Shown here: positions 17,892 through 28,275 of the stretch, one piece after another
Position numbering within the stretch: position 1 is the stretch's first letter
Layout: every line of letters begins with the position of its first letter
From: a virus
Reading direction: 5' to 3' (one strand)
IMG/VR virus record: IMGVR_UViG_3300013744_000001
Coordinates: 1-64,000 of that record
DNA length: 64,000 nt
Translations under genes and position numbers: made by a program
Notes under the pieces: model-generated
Database searches by the model: none
The model's input: the letters and a program-made list of their open reading frames with translations, nothing else
What the model was told of the DNA's origin: nothing

Positions 17892-19920
17892 CCTCGAGGT
17901 CATGCCCAATATCTTTCTTGCCGGATTCTACGACCCTGCGAGAGACAAGTGTCTGTTCTTCGAAATGTCACCTTTCCACAACCATTATCACATGCTGATT
18001 CAGTACCTGGAGTATCTGAAGAAACAGGACGTGGTCATGGTGGGGTTTAACAATTACTCTTACGACTACCCTGTCCTTCATTCTCTCCTCCATCTGACCG
18101 AAGACAGACTGGCAGTGCCCAGAGCATGGAAGAAGAGTTGTGATATTATTGGCTCCATGAAAAAGGGTGACAGATTTGGGCATGTGATCTGGGACAGAGA
18201 CATGCACATTCCACAGCTCGATCTTTTCAAGCTGCACCATTTTGACAACAAGACCAAGACTGTATCACTGAAGCGTCTGGAGTTTAACATGCGGCGCAAA
18301 GACATTGTTGAATATACCGAAGGTTTTGACTACATGTTAACAAGTGAGGAAGAGATTCGACAACTCAAGGAGTACAACCGCTCTGATCTTCTGGCCACGG
18401 CCCAGTTCAGGCAGATGAGCGAAGAAGCTGTGTCGTTCAGGGAAACATTGATCCCGGAGTTTGGCATCGAGGTCCTGAATTACAACGACACCAAGATCGG
18501 GGAGAAACTGATTCAGAAGCGACTGGAAGAGCAGTTTGGTTTGGGAGCACTCTATGACTTCGAGGAAGATGAGTCGGGCGTTTGCCGCAGGAAACCCAAG
18601 CAAAGTTTCAAAGAGTACGTCGATCTGAAGGACATTGTCTTTGACAGGGTGTTTCAGTTCGAGGTTCCCGTGTTTCGAAAGGTGTTTCAGTTTATGAAGA
18701 CGCTTCGCATCTTCATTCTGGGTGCTCGTTATGAATGGTCGGACAAGCCTGACTACCTGAAGATGCAGAAACTCATCGAGCGATGCAAGGTGGAGTTGGA
18801 CAGGCTGGACAGAAAGTCGGAAGCATACAGGGAATTGAAAGAACAGATTGCAAAACTTAAGGAAATATATCAGGATTACAACATCTCCGTTGTCCATGAC
18901 GATGTAAGCTTCGAGTTTGGGAAGGGTGGTCTGCATGCCGCCAGACCGTGGAGCGCATTCAGAGCGACGGAGGAGTATAAAATCGTAGACGTTGACGTGG
19001 CATCCTTCTACCCTTCGATCGCTATCGAATACCGGATGCACCCCGAACATCTGCCGGTTGAGTTTACAGACATTTACGGAGCACTCAAGAAGGAACGCAT
19101 TCTGTACAAGAAGACTGATCCTGCCAGAGCCAAGATGTTGAAGCTGGCTTTGAACGGAACCTACGGCAAGACCAACAGCGTGTACTCTATGCTGTATGAT
19201 CCCGAGTATAGTTTACGTACTGTAATAAACGGGCAACTGATGCTTCTCATGTTGTGGGACATGCTGACGACCTCCCTTTCGACTGTTAAGTTGATACAGG
19301 CCAATACAGATGGCATCACATACTGGATTGCAAACGAAGAGATTCAGGCCGCGCAGGAGATATGTGTTAAATGGGAACGCATGACGCGGATGGAGCTTGA
19401 GTTTGCAGAGTATCAGAGTATGTTTGTCAGGGACGTAAACAACTATGTAGCCCTTGGCCTTGATGGCAAGATCAAGGCCAAGGGCGCATACAACTGGAGC
19501 GAATTGTACAGGGACAATGCGTCTGGGATAGCCTGGCACAAGAACCACAGTGCGGTTATCATTCCCATGGCTGCGACGGAAGCGCTTGTGCACGGCGAGG
19601 ATGTGGGAAACTTCATTCGGTCACATGACAATGTATATGACTTCTTCGCCTGCACGAACGTCAACCGGTCATCGCGTCTGCTCTGGGGCAACGACGAGGT
19701 TCAGAGGAACACAAGGTATCTGGTCAGCAAGGAAGGAAAAAACTTTACAAAAATAATGCCTCCGACCAAATCCAAACCTGACCTCGAACGTGCCATCAGA
19801 GTGAACGCGGGCCAGAACGTTACGCCGTGGAACACTGTGGAAAGCGGCAACGCCTCGGACTATGACATTGACTATGATTGGTACATAGCCGAGGCGTTGA
19901 AGCTGATAGAGGGTTTTTAA
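17872..19920 (+). CDS. family B DNA polymerase with 3'-5' exonuclease motifs
   Basis: Exo I YDLEV, Exo II FNNYSYDYPVL, Exo III YNRSDLL. Polymerase motif A DVASFYPSI, motif B KLALNGTYGKTN, motif C ANTDGITY. Confidence 0.7.
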   Translation: MKEIIYDLEVMPNIFLAGFYDPARDKCLFFEMSPFHNHYHMLIQYLEYLKKQDVVMVGFNNYSYDYPVLHSLLHLTEDRLAVPRAWKKSCDIIGSMKKGDRFGHVIWDRDMHIPQLDLFKLHHFDNKTKTVSLKRLEFNMRRKDIVEYTEGFDYMLTSEEEIRQLKEYNRSDLLATAQFRQMSEEAVSFRETLIPEFGIEVLNYNDTKIGEKLIQKRLEEQFGLGALYDFEEDESGVCRRKPKQSFKEYVDLKDIVFDRVFQFEVPVFRKVFQFMKTLRIFILGARYEWSDKPDYLKMQKLIERCKVELDRLDRKSEAYRELKEQIAKLKEIYQDYNISVVHDDVSFEFGKGGLHAARPWSAFRATEEYKIVDVDVASFYPSIAIEYRMHPEHLPVEFTDIYGALKKERILYKKTDPARAKMLKLALNGTYGKTNSVYSMLYDPEYSLRTVINGQLMLLMLWDMLTTSLSTVKLIQANTDGITYWIANEEIQAAQEICVKWERMTRMELEFAEYQSMFVRDVNNYVALGLDGKIKAKGAYNWSELYRDNASGIAWHKNHSAVIIPMAATEALVHGEDVGNFIRSHDNVYDFFACTNVNRSSRLLWGNDEVQRNTRYLVSKEGKNFTKIMPPTKSKPDLERAIRVNAGQNVTPWNTVESGNASDYDIDYDWYIAEALKLIEGF

Positions 19921-20133
19921 CAGCAGTCCTCATTAACTTTTTCTTATGGGAGATTTACCATGGAAACAATCCGGCGATGCGTTAAGTGCGCTAGATTCCG
20001 ACGAAAAAATGACTATATCTAATACCGATAGTCATTCGGGCGAACGTGGCGGAGCACAAAGTTATTTCATCGTGAACGAGTCTGTGCTGAAAGAATTTGA
20101 GTTGCTGTGACACAAGGTAAAGAGGAGAACAAC

Positions 20134-20610
20134 GTGACTGTGATGATTGGAAGAGAGTTGACCTGCCCCTTTGTGGGCAGGATCCCCGCACGGATGAATG
20201 AGGCGGCTTTTCGTAAAGGCTGTCTGGCGTGTCAGCAGAAGGCAAAGCTCAGAAAGCAGGCACTCTGGGGCTTTGTCGATGCGTCGGAGGTCAGGAAGTA
20301 TGCAATGTGTCATAGCTGTAAAGTGGGCAAGGACATTGAATCAGGGAAAGAGTTTGTTCCTCTCCCGAATGTGACCATTGTCAGAGACGATACGCTTCGT
20401 TTTCAGCATGCAGAGACGGTGTGCACAGAAATAAAGCGCAGGTTTGTGGAAGAAGGGATGGACAAAGCATTGGCCCATATGATAAGAACAATCAAGACAC
20501 AAACAAATGAAGCGCTCAGTGTCAGAAAGATGTCGGTGTTGACCGGTGTGCCCAGGCGTTCGCTTCGGGCTATTCTTGCAAACGAGAGATGGAAGGAGGA
20601 AACGGCATGA
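20134..20610 (+). CDS. putative Cys-containing transcriptional regulator with C-terminal HTH
   Basis: GTG at 20134 follows AGAGGAG (ATG at 20143 is an alternative). CxxC-containing N-terminus. C-terminal LSVRKMSVLTGVPRRSLRAIL is HTH-like. Confidence 0.4.
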   Translation: MTVMIGRELTCPFVGRIPARMNEAAFRKGCLACQQKAKLRKQALWGFVDASEVRKYAMCHSCKVGKDIESGKEFVPLPNVTIVRDDTLRFQHAETVCTEIKRRFVEEGMDKALAHMIRTIKTQTNEALSVRKMSVLTGVPRRSLRAILANERWKEETA

Positions 20611-21323
20611 GAATTGTTGACCAGAAGGCAACGATTGAGGACTGGACGAAGATGACTTTGTTCGAACGTGTCGAGCGAGCAGGGCGCATCTGTTACAATA
20701 CGATGAACAAGATCGCTCTGGGCACAGCAGAGCCTTTCGTTCTGGGTCTGATCGAGCGCAGGCATTACTCACCTCTGGAGTTCGGCAGGTTCACGACAGC
20801 AGACGGCAAAGATCTGAGTATCAGAGAAGCTCTGCGACTTGACATGCATGACTGGAAAACCGCCACACCTTCCGACCTCTGGATACCTGTGCACATTGTG
20901 ACCAGCAGAGCGGTGTCCCACGAACTGGTTAGACATAAACACTGGGTTGCTTTCATGCAGGAGAGTCAGCGCTATGTTAAATTTGGCAGACACATTCCCT
21001 TTATTCGTCCGTCTGCATTCTTCAAGCCTGGCTCACCTGCCGAGGACAACTGGGTCGAAGCCATGTTGGTTGCGGAGGAAGGGTACAACGAAGCCATTCG
21101 TGAGAAACAAAGTCCACAGGCTGCACGTCTTGTTCTTCCTAACAGCACGGCGACAAATATTCTGGTCTACGCACATCCCGAGGAGTGGGCCTATATCTTT
21201 CGACTGCGTTGCAGCGCAGCCGCAGATCCCGGCATGCGGGAGCTGATGATACCGCTCAAGGAAGAAATGCTGGCCAGAGGCTTTGTAACACCCACCATGA
21301 TCGAGCAGGCGGGGAGCTACTGA
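20607..21323 (+). CDS. thyX: flavin-dependent thymidylate synthase ThyX
   Basis: ThyX signature RHKHWVAFMQESQRY (RHRx7SxRY-like). ATG follows tGGAAGGAGGaaacggc. Confidence 0.75.
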   Translation: MRIVDQKATIEDWTKMTLFERVERAGRICYNTMNKIALGTAEPFVLGLIERRHYSPLEFGRFTTADGKDLSIREALRLDMHDWKTATPSDLWIPVHIVTSRAVSHELVRHKHWVAFMQESQRYVKFGRHIPFIRPSAFFKPGSPAEDNWVEAMLVAEEGYNEAIREKQSPQAARLVLPNSTATNILVYAHPEEWAYIFRLRCSAAADPGMRELMIPLKEEMLARGFVTPTMIEQAGSY

Positions 21324-21487
21324 TGACAACTTTGCCTTTTGTCTTTGTTCGTTGCCCTTTGCAACGTACTATGATTGCTATCGAGAAGTGCATGCAAACA
21401 CACAGGAAGCGGGATTGCATGTCCAGTGAATGTGCACCCAGATGCGAGTTGGCCATGAAGCGACTGGCCAGAGGGAAGCAGTCATGA
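21323..21487 (+). CDS. small Cys-rich hypothetical protein
   Basis: ATG overlaps the ThyX stop. 54-aa product with four Cys. Confidence 0.3.
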   Translation: MTTLPFVFVRCPLQRTMIAIEKCMQTHRKRDCMSSECAPRCELAMKRLARGKQS

Positions 21488-21768
21488 AGGAAAGCGAACT
21501 GGAACAGGAATGTTGCAAGTTGGCGTGGACCTTTGGTTGGAGCAATCTCAAAGGGTTCGGTCGCAGTGGTGGGGCAGACAGAATCTTCTTTAGAAAAGGC
21601 AGATGTTTCTTCGTTGAATTCAAGGTGGGCCACAACAAACAGAGCGGCAGGCAGGTAAATGAAGAGTTGCTTTGTCAGGAAAATGGTACATCGTATACTG
21701 TGGTGCGAAGCCTGATGGAGATGCGAAACGTTCTTTTACAACAGGAAGCAAGGGAGGAAGTACAATGA
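21484..21768 (+). CDS. VRR-NUC domain nuclease
   Basis: GGADRIFFRKGRCFFVEFKVGHNKQSGRQ matches the D...ExK core of VRR-NUC. Confidence 0.5.
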   Translation: MKESELEQECCKLAWTFGWSNLKGFGRSGGADRIFFRKGRCFFVEFKVGHNKQSGRQVNEELLCQENGTSYTVVRSLMEMRNVLLQQEAREEVQ

Positions 21769-22004
21769 TGACACTACTCAAGGTATTATTTGGTATCTGG
21801 TATGCAGGGTTCTTTGCGGGCTTCGGTCTGTATCTTTTCAAATATTGTGATTATATTTTGCACAGGGATTATTATCTTTCCGACAAACATCTGCGCGAGC
21901 TGTATATCCACGACCATCAGCCCATGATGATCCTGAGGAATTGGCTCTTCTACTGTTGTCTTTCGTGGTATGGTGTGTGGTCCTTCATTGCCAAAGATGA
22001 CTGA
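21765..22004 (+). CDS. small membrane protein (two predicted TM segments)
   Basis: RBS GGGAGGaagtacaATGATG. Hydrophobic stretches LFGIWYAGFFAGFGLYLF and LFYCCLSWYGVWSFI. Confidence 0.4.
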   Translation: MMTLLKVLFGIWYAGFFAGFGLYLFKYCDYILHRDYYLSDKHLRELYIHDHQPMMILRNWLFYCCLSWYGVWSFIAKDD

Positions 22005-22042
22005 GTGATTGAGTAATCGAGCAGGTAATAACCACCGGGATA

Positions 22043-23545
22043 ATGGATATGTTCACGGTAAAAGATTTACATCAGACTCAGAAGGACTGCATCACATGGA
22101 TGCTTGGCAGGCAGTCCGGCTGTGTCGCGTCGGAGTGTGGCAGCGGCAAGACCGTTATGGGTTTGACTGCTTTCCTCATTTACAGAAGGAAGACGGGTAT
22201 CAGGCTGCCCATGCTGGCGGTGTCTGTGCCCAAGGGTGTCAAGGAAACGTGGAGCGTCGAGCATAAGCGCTGGCAGCACTTGAAGAATCTGAGGGTTGCC
22301 ACTCTTGCCGGCACACCTGCCAGACGGGAGAAGATTCTCGAAGATGGCAATTTCGATGTACTCTGTGTATCCTACGGGCTTCTGAACTGGTTGGCAGAGC
22401 TCAAGAAGATAGGTTTCCCAAATACAAATTTCTCCTTCATCTTCGCAGACGAAGGCTCCTGCCTGAAGGGTCACGCCAGCAAATGGCGCGTAGCCCTTTC
22501 GATTCTCAGCATCGGTGCAAATGCCAGGTTCATTGCCACGGCAACCCCTGCACCACATGACGCAATGGATTACTGGGGCCTGGTCAAGTATCTGGACGAC
22601 GGCAGATGCCTGAATGCAAAGACAATAAGTCAGTTCAGAAGTATCTACTGTCAAGCTTTTCCCATACCCAATACAAGTGGTGTTTTCTATCGTATCAAGA
22701 GCAGAGAGACAGCGCGTGAGATCGAAAAGAAAGTGGCCCCTTTTTTCTACAGCTTCGAAACGCCCGAGGTACCTATCGAAACAGTCGATGTACTCTGTTC
22801 GCTGTCACCCGAGTCCATGGCCTTGTACAAGCGCATCGAGAAGGAACAGTGTCTGAACTCGATTGCCGACAAAGAGACAGGCAAACCGGTTATGGATAAG
22901 TCTCTGGGTGCCATGGATCTGGCCAACAAGCTGGCCCAGGTTGCCAACGGCTTTGTCTATGTGGACAAGGTCCTGAAGCTTTCACCCGAGACCATTGCCG
23001 AGTTGGAGCGGACAGAGGATGAGAAGGAAGTCAGACAGATCATGAAGAAGAACAGCGTCAGGGAAACAATCAATCTCTTTCCCGATCGCATCGAGCTCTG
23101 CAAGAAGATGGTCAAAGCTGTACGGACCAAGCACCCCGATTCTTCGATAGCTGTTGCCTATCTTTTCACCCATGATCTGAAAGTTTTGCAGGAAGCGTTC
23201 CCCGAAGGTGTGTCAGATACGGAGGAGGATATTGCTGCCAGATGGAACAGAGGAGAGATACCGCTTCTCTTCCTCCAGTACGCCAGATGCTCCAAAAGTC
23301 TGAACCTGCAACAGAGTGGCTATGTGCTGATTATGTACACCAGTACCTTTAACTGGGAGCATGACTATCAGATAGCCAGACGCTTTGCCAGACAGGGACA
23401 GAAGGCACCCAAGGTCTATGTTTATCGGCTGCATCTGAAAGGCACAGTCGACGATCTGAAGAGCAAGGTGCTGGACAAACGGGGCAACAGTCATGTCCGT
23501 TTTCAGAAGGACATTCTGCGCTATGCCACAACTGCTGCGGCATAG
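22043..23545 (+). CDS. SNF2/DEAD-like superfamily 2 helicase
   Basis: Motif I CGSGKTVMG, motif II IFADEGS (DExx), motif III FIATATP. Confidence 0.6.
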   Translation: MDMFTVKDLHQTQKDCITWMLGRQSGCVASECGSGKTVMGLTAFLIYRRKTGIRLPMLAVSVPKGVKETWSVEHKRWQHLKNLRVATLAGTPARREKILEDGNFDVLCVSYGLLNWLAELKKIGFPNTNFSFIFADEGSCLKGHASKWRVALSILSIGANARFIATATPAPHDAMDYWGLVKYLDDGRCLNAKTISQFRSIYCQAFPIPNTSGVFYRIKSRETAREIEKKVAPFFYSFETPEVPIETVDVLCSLSPESMALYKRIEKEQCLNSIADKETGKPVMDKSLGAMDLANKLAQVANGFVYVDKVLKLSPETIAELERTEDEKEVRQIMKKNSVRETINLFPDRIELCKKMVKAVRTKHPDSSIAVAYLFTHDLKVLQEAFPEGVSDTEEDIAARWNRGEIPLLFLQYARCSKSLNLQQSGYVLIMYTSTFNWEHDYQIARRFARQGQKAPKVYVYRLHLKGTVDDLKSKVLDKRGNSHVRFQKDILRYATTAAA

Positions 23546-23553
23546 CGCAGAAT
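23513..23553 (+). terminator. 15-bp perfect inverted repeat overlapping the helicase stop codon
   Basis: attctgcgctatgcc - 11-nt loop - ggcatagcgcagaat. Confidence 0.4.
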
Positions 23554-23631
23554 GTTACATAAAGCTTGTGCTTTACACGACAGGACGTTATACTTCTTCA
23601 ATACTTTTTATAACCTTACAAGGAGGTTACC

Positions 23632-23820
23632 ATGGCATGTGGATCGTGTGGCAAGGCCCGTCAGGGTACAGGTGCTGTCAAGAGTCGCAGGCGCGAGAGT
23701 GCAGGCGATGTGTCGCAGGCTCTGGCCAACGAGCAGAGCTCCCCTCTGGCCGGTGATACCACCGGTTACAGCGACAGATTGCGCAACTATTTGCAGGAGC
23801 TCAGACGCCGGCGAGGCTGA
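23632..23820 (+). CDS. small basic hypothetical protein
   Basis: RBS cAAGGAGGttacc precedes the ATG. Confidence 0.4.
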   Translation: MACGSCGKARQGTGAVKSRRRESAGDVSQALANEQSSPLAGDTTGYSDRLRNYLQELRRRRG

Positions 23821-23831
23821 GAGGACAGATT

Positions 23832-24368
23832 ATGGAACTGGTGCCGACGGACAAGGCGAAATTTACACTGGCGAAAGGGATTCTTCTTTCGGTGGAGAAC
23901 ATCAGAGACAAGGCCATCGTGATTCAGAATACGGTGGGCCTTGAATTTGTATTCACCCTCATAGCAAACGGTTTATCCGAGCAGCAGATAGCCTCGGACC
24001 TGGGTCTGATGCCCAACGAGTTGAAAATTATCTGCTGCTCGAATCCGACGCTTCGTAAACGTTATATCGAAGCCCACGCATTTCGTTTCGCCGACACCAG
24101 TATTCGCACCCTCGACAAGAGCGGCCTCGCTGCGGCAGAGGCGCTGGACAAATACGAGAAGAACGCAACCGACTTCCATTCAAACAACATCGACCGCGTT
24201 ATGAAGGCGAACGTTTCCGACGGTGCGCAGGCCGGTGTTGTTATCAACAATACCGTTGTGGTCAGGGATAAAAGCGAAGTTCCCGACGTACCTGCGGACA
24301 TCAAAAACATTCTCGACATGGAGGTAAAACATGTTGATTCTGACATCGACGCCCGGCATAGCGGATGA
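23832..24368 (+). CDS. putative terminase small subunit (HTH-like)
   Basis: Immediately upstream of the large terminase. An HTH-like segment is present. The call rests mainly on position. Confidence 0.3.
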   Translation: MELVPTDKAKFTLAKGILLSVENIRDKAIVIQNTVGLEFVFTLIANGLSEQQIASDLGLMPNELKIICCSNPTLRKRYIEAHAFRFADTSIRTLDKSGLAAAEALDKYEKNATDFHSNNIDRVMKANVSDGAQAGVVINNTVVVRDKSEVPDVPADIKNILDMEVKHVDSDIDARHSG

Positions 24369-24561
24369 GGAATGCGACGACGAAATCATCATCGGTACAG
24401 ATATTGTGGTCAGGATATTGAATATCGACCATGAACACAAGACTGTGAGCCTTGGTATCACCGCACCCAGTGGCACAATCATCGATCGGAGAAAGGTGCG
24501 CAACATGCGCATCGAACGTATCAAACGACTCTTGGGTGATCTGTTGCCGAACAATCCCTGA
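24331..24561 (+). CDS. csrA: CsrA-like protein (carbon storage regulator homolog) with ~8-aa insertion
   Basis: N-terminal MLILT, core IIIGTDIVVRIL...KTVSLGITAPSGTIIDRRKV aligns with CsrA MLILTR..IGD.I.V.VL.V.G.QV.LGI.AP. Strong RBS GGAGGTaaaac. Confidence 0.55.
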   Translation: MLILTSTPGIADEECDDEIIIGTDIVVRILNIDHEHKTVSLGITAPSGTIIDRRKVRNMRIERIKRLLGDLLPNNP

Positions 24562-24575
24562 CATCCGAGGTTGCA

Positions 24576-26258
24576 ATGCAGGACAGAATCGAACACAGAC
24601 GATTTGTCGATCCGTTCTTCGAGCGGTGCTTCGAGCAGATATTCCTGCAACGTGACAAATCGCTCTTCGCCATGGACGGTGCGGTGGGCACAGGCAAGTC
24701 CTCTGAGTTTACCGTTCGTTCGGCATACAACCTGGCCTGTCTGGTAGAGCCCATGCGTATCGGGGCCAGACAGGTGCGGGAAAGCAAGTGGGCGTTTATC
24801 CGACAGTCGGAGCAGAGTGCCTACAACACCGTGCGGGGTATCTTCACCGAGGCTATCTTCTCTCCGGAGATTGTGGCCAACGATGCCAGGCTCATCACTA
24901 CGCATTCGATGCATCCCAAGGAACTGCACATCGAACATAATCTGGGCGATGATACTGTGGTCAGGATGCTCATCGAATGCCACGGCTTTGACAACGAGCA
25001 GGCGTTCGAGCGTCTGAAGACGCACGAGTTTCTGGGTGCTATGATTCCCGAGGCACAAAGTATTCCGTGGAACATTATCACAACAGCCATCGAACGCTGC
25101 GGTCGCTGGCGCGCAGCATCCCTAGTTATCAAAAAGACCATCGATGGCAGAGAGTATATGCTCTCGGGTCAGAGCAGTCTCTCCATTGTCCTTGCCGATA
25201 TCAACATCCCGGCCAGACCGCATGCACTCTATGAGGAGTGGTACGATAAAAAGGACAGAAGCAATCTGCCTTTTGTCTTTTTCACTCCTCCCCAGCCCAT
25301 CATCCCGATCAAGACAGAGAACATCAAGGACCTCGAACGACTGAAAGAAAAGTATCCGGTCTCTGTTTACGGTGGGGAAGAAGTCATCTGGGTGCCCAAC
25401 CCCGAGGCTTATAATTTTACCCGCCACTACGAAGAATTGGACGCTAACATGCAGCGTATCCCGTGGACCGGGTACAACTACTGGCTGAGACAGATATACA
25501 GAGACGACTCGCAGGTGAGACGCTACATCGTTGGTCTCCCGGACACCATGAGCGGAGAGGCTGCGATATACAGAAACTTTGTCAGAGACGAGAAGACTCT
25601 TGTGACGAAGGAGATTCTGCCCGGCAAACCTGTTTACGTGGGCTACGATCCCGGTGGGCACAGTGCGTTCATCTGTCTGCAAAAACAGGACGACGGGGTT
25701 TTGCACTTCTTCAAAGAATTCATTTTCACACTGGCTGATAACGTCAGCACCAGAGAACAGATCGGCGACTTCCTCATCCCCTGGTGTGAGCAGGAACTGA
25801 AGCATATGAACATTGTCGTTGTCCCCGACCCTGCGTCCGCGTGGCTTGGCAAAAGTCGCATGTCGGATACGACAGAATCTGCATTGAATGTTCTGCAACT
25901 GCTGATCAAGGATGCCAACAATCGTGGACGTTGTCATTTCGCCATCGAGCTGCCCAGAGTACGCAATCAGGAAGAAGATGTCAGACAGCAGAGCCTAAAG
26001 TATTTCATCGACCAGAAGAAGCTGACCATCGATCCTTCCTGCGAAACTTTTATAGATGGCCTGATGGGCGGTTATCATTACAAGATGACCAGGAGCAAAA
26101 TCCTCTCCAACCAGATTGACAAAGACGACCCGACCTGCGACGTGGTCGAAGCGGCGCAGTATCCTGTGGTCAATATCCTGAAAAACATCAACAGGAAACG
26201 ACGCAATGAAAGCAGCTACAATTATAAAGCCAGACAGGGAAGCATCCGGCGAAGGTAA
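24576..26258 (+). CDS. terL: terminase large subunit
   Basis: Walker A GAVGTGKS near the N-terminus. The size and its position before a portal-sized gene are typical of TerL. Confidence 0.7.
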   Translation: MQDRIEHRRFVDPFFERCFEQIFLQRDKSLFAMDGAVGTGKSSEFTVRSAYNLACLVEPMRIGARQVRESKWAFIRQSEQSAYNTVRGIFTEAIFSPEIVANDARLITTHSMHPKELHIEHNLGDDTVVRMLIECHGFDNEQAFERLKTHEFLGAMIPEAQSIPWNIITTAIERCGRWRAASLVIKKTIDGREYMLSGQSSLSIVLADINIPARPHALYEEWYDKKDRSNLPFVFFTPPQPIIPIKTENIKDLERLKEKYPVSVYGGEEVIWVPNPEAYNFTRHYEELDANMQRIPWTGYNYWLRQIYRDDSQVRRYIVGLPDTMSGEAAIYRNFVRDEKTLVTKEILPGKPVYVGYDPGGHSAFICLQKQDDGVLHFFKEFIFTLADNVSTREQIGDFLIPWCEQELKHMNIVVVPDPASAWLGKSRMSDTTESALNVLQLLIKDANNRGRCHFAIELPRVRNQEEDVRQQSLKYFIDQKKLTIDPSCETFIDGLMGGYHYKMTRSKILSNQIDKDDPTCDVVEAAQYPVVNILKNINRKRRNESSYNYKARQGSIRRR

Positions 26259-28263
26259 GGACCTGCTGGGTGAACTCAATCTGCTCCTCCTTTCGGCCAT
26301 TGGGTATCGCGGTCTCTGCGGTGCCACCCATGATATTCAGTGCGCATATCTGAGAGCCTGCGAGGAAGGAGCACAGAACGGTATGCCCGACTTCGAAGTC
26401 AAGCCGGACAATCCGCAAGGAGGCAGTGACGGTTGCACCGAAGATGACGGGGAATGTTCGCTCTGTAACCCGGAGCTTCAGAATATCTGTTCCACAGATG
26501 AGCTGGCTTGTTCACTGGAGAAGAGTTCTCCGTTCCGTTCCGTTCCGGGTCTGATATCGACCATCAAGGTTTACGACTACACGAGTCTGGTCGAGTATGC
26601 CTATGCCAAGGTGGGTAACAAACCCTTCAAACTCAAGAGTAACAAGGAAGTGACGGTGCGGGAGGAAGAGCTCGAAGAACTGGCTTCCATTTTTGCAGAG
26701 AACATTGAATCCTTCATCGAAATGAACGATGTTCGGATAGACGAGATTCCGGATGCTTTCAATTTCAAAGCTATGAGCGATCTGGTCACAGCCTTTGACG
26801 ACTACCTGATGAAGCGGGCTGTCAAGCACAATGACAAGGAGCTTCAGCATTATGAAGATGGCATCGAGCGGAGCTTCAATCGGACAAACTTCATGTCCCA
26901 GTATATCGAGGTGCTGAAGGATACTGCCAACTACCCCATCGGTGTGTTTTGGATAGATGACAACAGTGTCAAGAAGCAGAAACGCATTACAGCTTCCGGT
27001 CAGGTTGTTATCGATCGCAAGATTCAGGCTACGGCCGAAAGAGTGCATCCGGCCAATGTCTGGTTCACCTCCGATTTTACTCTTTCTACCGTCGGTCGCG
27101 CAGTTTTCAGAGTCAAGCGCTATACCAGAGGCGACATCCTGAGGTGGAAAGAACTGGGCATCGCCGGCAGCAAAAAGCTGGAGAAGAACATCGACGATTA
27201 TCTGGATGAATACGAAGATGGTTGTTATATCCCCAACATATTTCTTTTCCGTAATCTGAATCCCATAGTCAATTACGATTATGATGTGATGATTGCCCGA
27301 GGCAATTTCAAAAAGGAACATGTGCAAGAACTGGGCATTGACATTCCGGAGAGCATGCAACACGAGATGTTCGTTCCCTGCGAGATTTATTTCTCCGGTT
27401 CCCATGTACTGCGGGCCAGGGTCATGGATGTTCTGGACGAGCATCTGGGTGTCTTTACCACAGTGTTCAGACGCAACTGCGACAGTATCTACGGGTATTC
27501 GGTCTATGATTTCTGCTATCCCTTTGCCAGGCTCTACGGCAACGTCATCGATTCTCTGGACAGAAGCGTTGGCAAATCTGTCGGCATGATTCTACAGGTG
27601 GACAGAAGTGTCATCGAAGATCCGGACAGATATTTCAGACGGGATAAAGATGGGCAGATTGTCCTCGATATCTCGCAGGACCAGCTCATTGAGTTCGATT
27701 CTACACAGGCCTTCGGTGCTCCGAATTTCAAGGGCTTTCCCATAACCGTTACTGCTTTGCCTTCGAACATCGAGAAACTGATGCCCGTGCTCCAGATGGC
27801 CGTCGATGAGATGGAACGTCTGACCAAGATACCCAACATGCTGACCGATGGTACCGACATCAGCTCCGCACTCAGGACCACCAGTAATATGAACATGGCC
27901 TACAACAGTAGCGCCAAGGTCGTACAGGCGCTGCTCAGAGAGGCGGAGAACCGGGTACTGAAGCCCGGTATAGTTTACATGTTCGACTGCGAAGTACTGG
28001 GTCAGAGAGTGCCCAAGGGTCTTCTGGACATGGATCCGGAGATTCTTCTTTCCGATACTCTCCTGCGCGAGAGCAACGATGCGCAGGAACTGCTTGCGAA
28101 TCTGCAGATTCTTGCCCAGTATCGTGACATTATTCCTCCCGAGAAGTTCAAGACCCTGCTCAATACCGTTGCACGTAAGAGTCTTGGCTTCAGGGAGGAC
28201 ATTGTACCAGATGCCGGTGTCTTCGACATCGAGCGCAAACCACAACAGCAGACAATTGTCTGA
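26206..28263 (+). CDS. putative portal protein
   Basis: 685-aa ORF directly downstream of terL. The call rests on synteny and size only. Confidence 0.35.
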   Translation: MKAATIIKPDREASGEGKDLLGELNLLLLSAIGYRGLCGATHDIQCAYLRACEEGAQNGMPDFEVKPDNPQGGSDGCTEDDGECSLCNPELQNICSTDELACSLEKSSPFRSVPGLISTIKVYDYTSLVEYAYAKVGNKPFKLKSNKEVTVREEELEELASIFAENIESFIEMNDVRIDEIPDAFNFKAMSDLVTAFDDYLMKRAVKHNDKELQHYEDGIERSFNRTNFMSQYIEVLKDTANYPIGVFWIDDNSVKKQKRITASGQVVIDRKIQATAERVHPANVWFTSDFTLSTVGRAVFRVKRYTRGDILRWKELGIAGSKKLEKNIDDYLDEYEDGCYIPNIFLFRNLNPIVNYDYDVMIARGNFKKEHVQELGIDIPESMQHEMFVPCEIYFSGSHVLRARVMDVLDEHLGVFTTVFRRNCDSIYGYSVYDFCYPFARLYGNVIDSLDRSVGKSVGMILQVDRSVIEDPDRYFRRDKDGQIVLDISQDQLIEFDSTQAFGAPNFKGFPITVTALPSNIEKLMPVLQMAVDEMERLTKIPNMLTDGTDISSALRTTSNMNMAYNSSAKVVQALLREAENRVLKPGIVYMFDCEVLGQRVPKGLLDMDPEILLSDTLLRESNDAQELLANLQILAQYRDIIPPEKFKTLLNTVARKSLGFREDIVPDAGVFDIERKPQQQTIV

Positions 28264-28275
28264 AGGAGGAAGGAA

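Noticed and set aside
24180-25058. 292-aa minus-strand ORF across the CsrA and terminase region
   Set aside because: Antisense to genes with recognisable motifs (CsrA core, terminase Walker A) in a strictly plus-strand operon.
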